In this document: positions 62,761 through 64,000 of the stretch, piece after piece
Layout: every line of letters starts with the position of its first letter
How positions within the stretch are numbered: position 1 is the first letter of the stretch
Source: Candidatus Hydrogenedentota bacterium
Lineage (GTDB): Bacteria; Hydrogenedentota; Hydrogenedentia; Hydrogenedentales; SLHB01
Direction: 5' to 3'
Length of the DNA: 64,000 bases
Assembly (NCBI GenBank): GCA_963745075.1
Contig: CAVUWV010000012.1
Location: 1 to 64,000 of the forward strand
Notes under the pieces: model-generated
What the model was told of the DNA's origin: nothing
The model's database searches: none
Seen by the model: the letters and a program-made list of their open reading frames with translations, nothing else
Translations under genes and position numbers: made by a program

Positions 62761-64000
62761 ATGCCTCGTGGATTAGTATTTCGACTAGGGGAAGACCGGG
62801 CGTTCTGGACTGCCGTCCGGGACGAAGGCGCCCCCTTCTCCATTCGGATTGGTCGTGGGCGGGAAAGCGAATTGATTCTTCCGAAGCGGTTGCCGGCGGA
62901 AGTTCGCGAAACGGTGTCCCGCGCGCACGCCCGTGTTTTCCGGAATCGGAAGACGTTGCGCATCGAAGACCTCGGCTCGGTTAATTTTACTTACGCCAAC
63001 GGCCAGATCGTGCTTGCCCCCGTCGAACTTGTTTTGCCAGCAACGATCCGGCTCGGTGAAGTCACGTTATACGTCAATCACGAGCCCATCGGCGCCGAAT
63101 CGCCTGATGCAAGCCAAACGACCGGTACGTGGACGTTGGAGGTGACTGGCACCCGCAGCGCATTTCTCGACACACCTCCGCAAGCCATGGCGGCAGCCTG
63201 GCGAGGGGTGTCCGACCGGCTGCGTTGGTCCAGCATAGTTTTTGAGGTGGCCGAATGTGTCAACGCGGCGCGGCGCGCGGAGGAAGTCGAACTATACCTT
63301 CGCGCAATCCTGGCTCAGCAACTTAACGTACGCGACATTGCCGTCCTGTGGTCTGTAAGCCCGTCGCGTTCACAGGCGGCCTTGGAAGCGTTGGGGGTGC
63401 CAGGTGATTGGGCTGCCGGCATCCAGCAGCAGCTTGCGTCGTTGCGCGACGGGAACCCCTTGGTTTCGCTTGAACTTCCAGCGCGAACCGCTTCTGCTTG
63501 GGCCGTTCGGTCTTTTGACACCGCGGATCCCACGTTTACCGTGCTGGTTGCGTGGCCGATCAATGGGAGGGCCAAAATCCCTCCGGAGGATATCGGCACG
63601 GTCCTGGCGCTCTGTTTGCGTGTCGTTCAACCGACCCTGAGTGCGCTTCGGGAATTAGAGTCGCGTCGGGCGTCGGAGATCCAAGCGCTTCCGCATATGC
63701 CTTCGGAGGAAATGCTGCGTATCTGCCGCGATCGTCACATGTGGGGCCGTTCTCCGGCATTTCTCAAAGCGCTCTACTATGCCGAACATGCGGCGACCCG
63801 ATACTTGGGCATGCATCGGCCGGATCAGCGTCTTTCCTCCGTTTTCGTGCTGGGTGAAACGGGCACGGGGAAAAGCGCGTTGGCGCGTCTGATTCATCAC
63901 CTCTCCAAGCACAGCGAGGAGCGTTTTGAAGAACTGAATTGCGCGGCGATCCCGGTGCCCCTGGCAGAATCGGAACTGTTCGGATACGAGAAAGGCTCCC
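62761..64000 (+). CDS. FHA-domain sigma-54-interacting transcriptional activator (truncated by the window end; absent from the ORF track)
   Basis: Hand translation is open from ATG 62761 (GGAG upstream) to the end. FHA motifs IGR, VSRAHA, DLGSVNFTYANG; AAA motifs VLGETGTGKS, NCAAIP, ESELFGYEKG. Confidence 0.88.
   Translation, partial: MPRGLVFRLGEDRAFWTAVRDEGAPFSIRIGRGRESELILPKRLPAEVRETVSRAHARVFRNRKTLRIEDLGSVNFTYANGQIVLAPVELVLPATIRLGEVTLYVNHEPIGAESPDASQTTGTWTLEVTGTRSAFLDTPPQAMAAAWRGVSDRLRWSSIVFEVAECVNAARRAEEVELYLRAILAQQLNVRDIAVLWSVSPSRSQAALEALGVPGDWAAGIQQQLASLRDGNPLVSLELPARTASAWAVRSFDTADPTFTVLVAWPINGRAKIPPEDIGTVLALCLRVVQPTLSALRELESRRASEIQALPHMPSEEMLRICRDRHMWGRSPAFLKALYYAEHAATRYLGMHRPDQRLSSVFVLGETGTGKSALARLIHHLSKHSEERFEELNCAAIPVPLAESELFGYEKGS

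Overview
GC-rich bacterial chromosomal window from a diderm. The DUF1559 pilin-like gene with an [17 protein letters not shown] motif, the DUF1501/DUF1549/DUF1553 operon and the WRVDGG repeats suggest Candidatus Hydrogenedentota or a PVC-like lineage (inference). About 33 protein-coding genes; I recognised no rRNA, tRNA, CRISPR array, transposase or integrase. Housekeeping or recognisable genes: cinA, rlpA-like, GH13 alpha-amylase family, gpsA, dynamin-like GTPase, two PTS-IIA genes plus an ArsB/NhaD transporter, truncated haemoglobin, tamA-tamB, and an FHA sigma54 activator cut by the right edge. The highlight is a translationally coupled minus-strand operon (14057-18564): ACP, FkbH, MBOAT, DltD-like SGNH protein and a 45-aa DltX-like peptide ending FFYGAF that the ORF track misses. 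It looks like a complete Dlt-type envelope acylation pathway in which FkbH (glyceryl loading) replaces DltA, with a divergent methyltransferase and VOC enzyme as possible tailoring enzymes. Also notable: a diverged duplicate of the gpsA 3' end bracketing a 4.1 kb HEAT-repeat cassette; a di-haem cytochrome c/FN3 lipoprotein; a membrane-anchored coiled coil of 77-aa repeats flanked by two MshEN-like genes; and a giant surface protein with a clan CD peptidase domain. Seven apparent single-base frameshifts in six genes are most simply explained as assembly indels.
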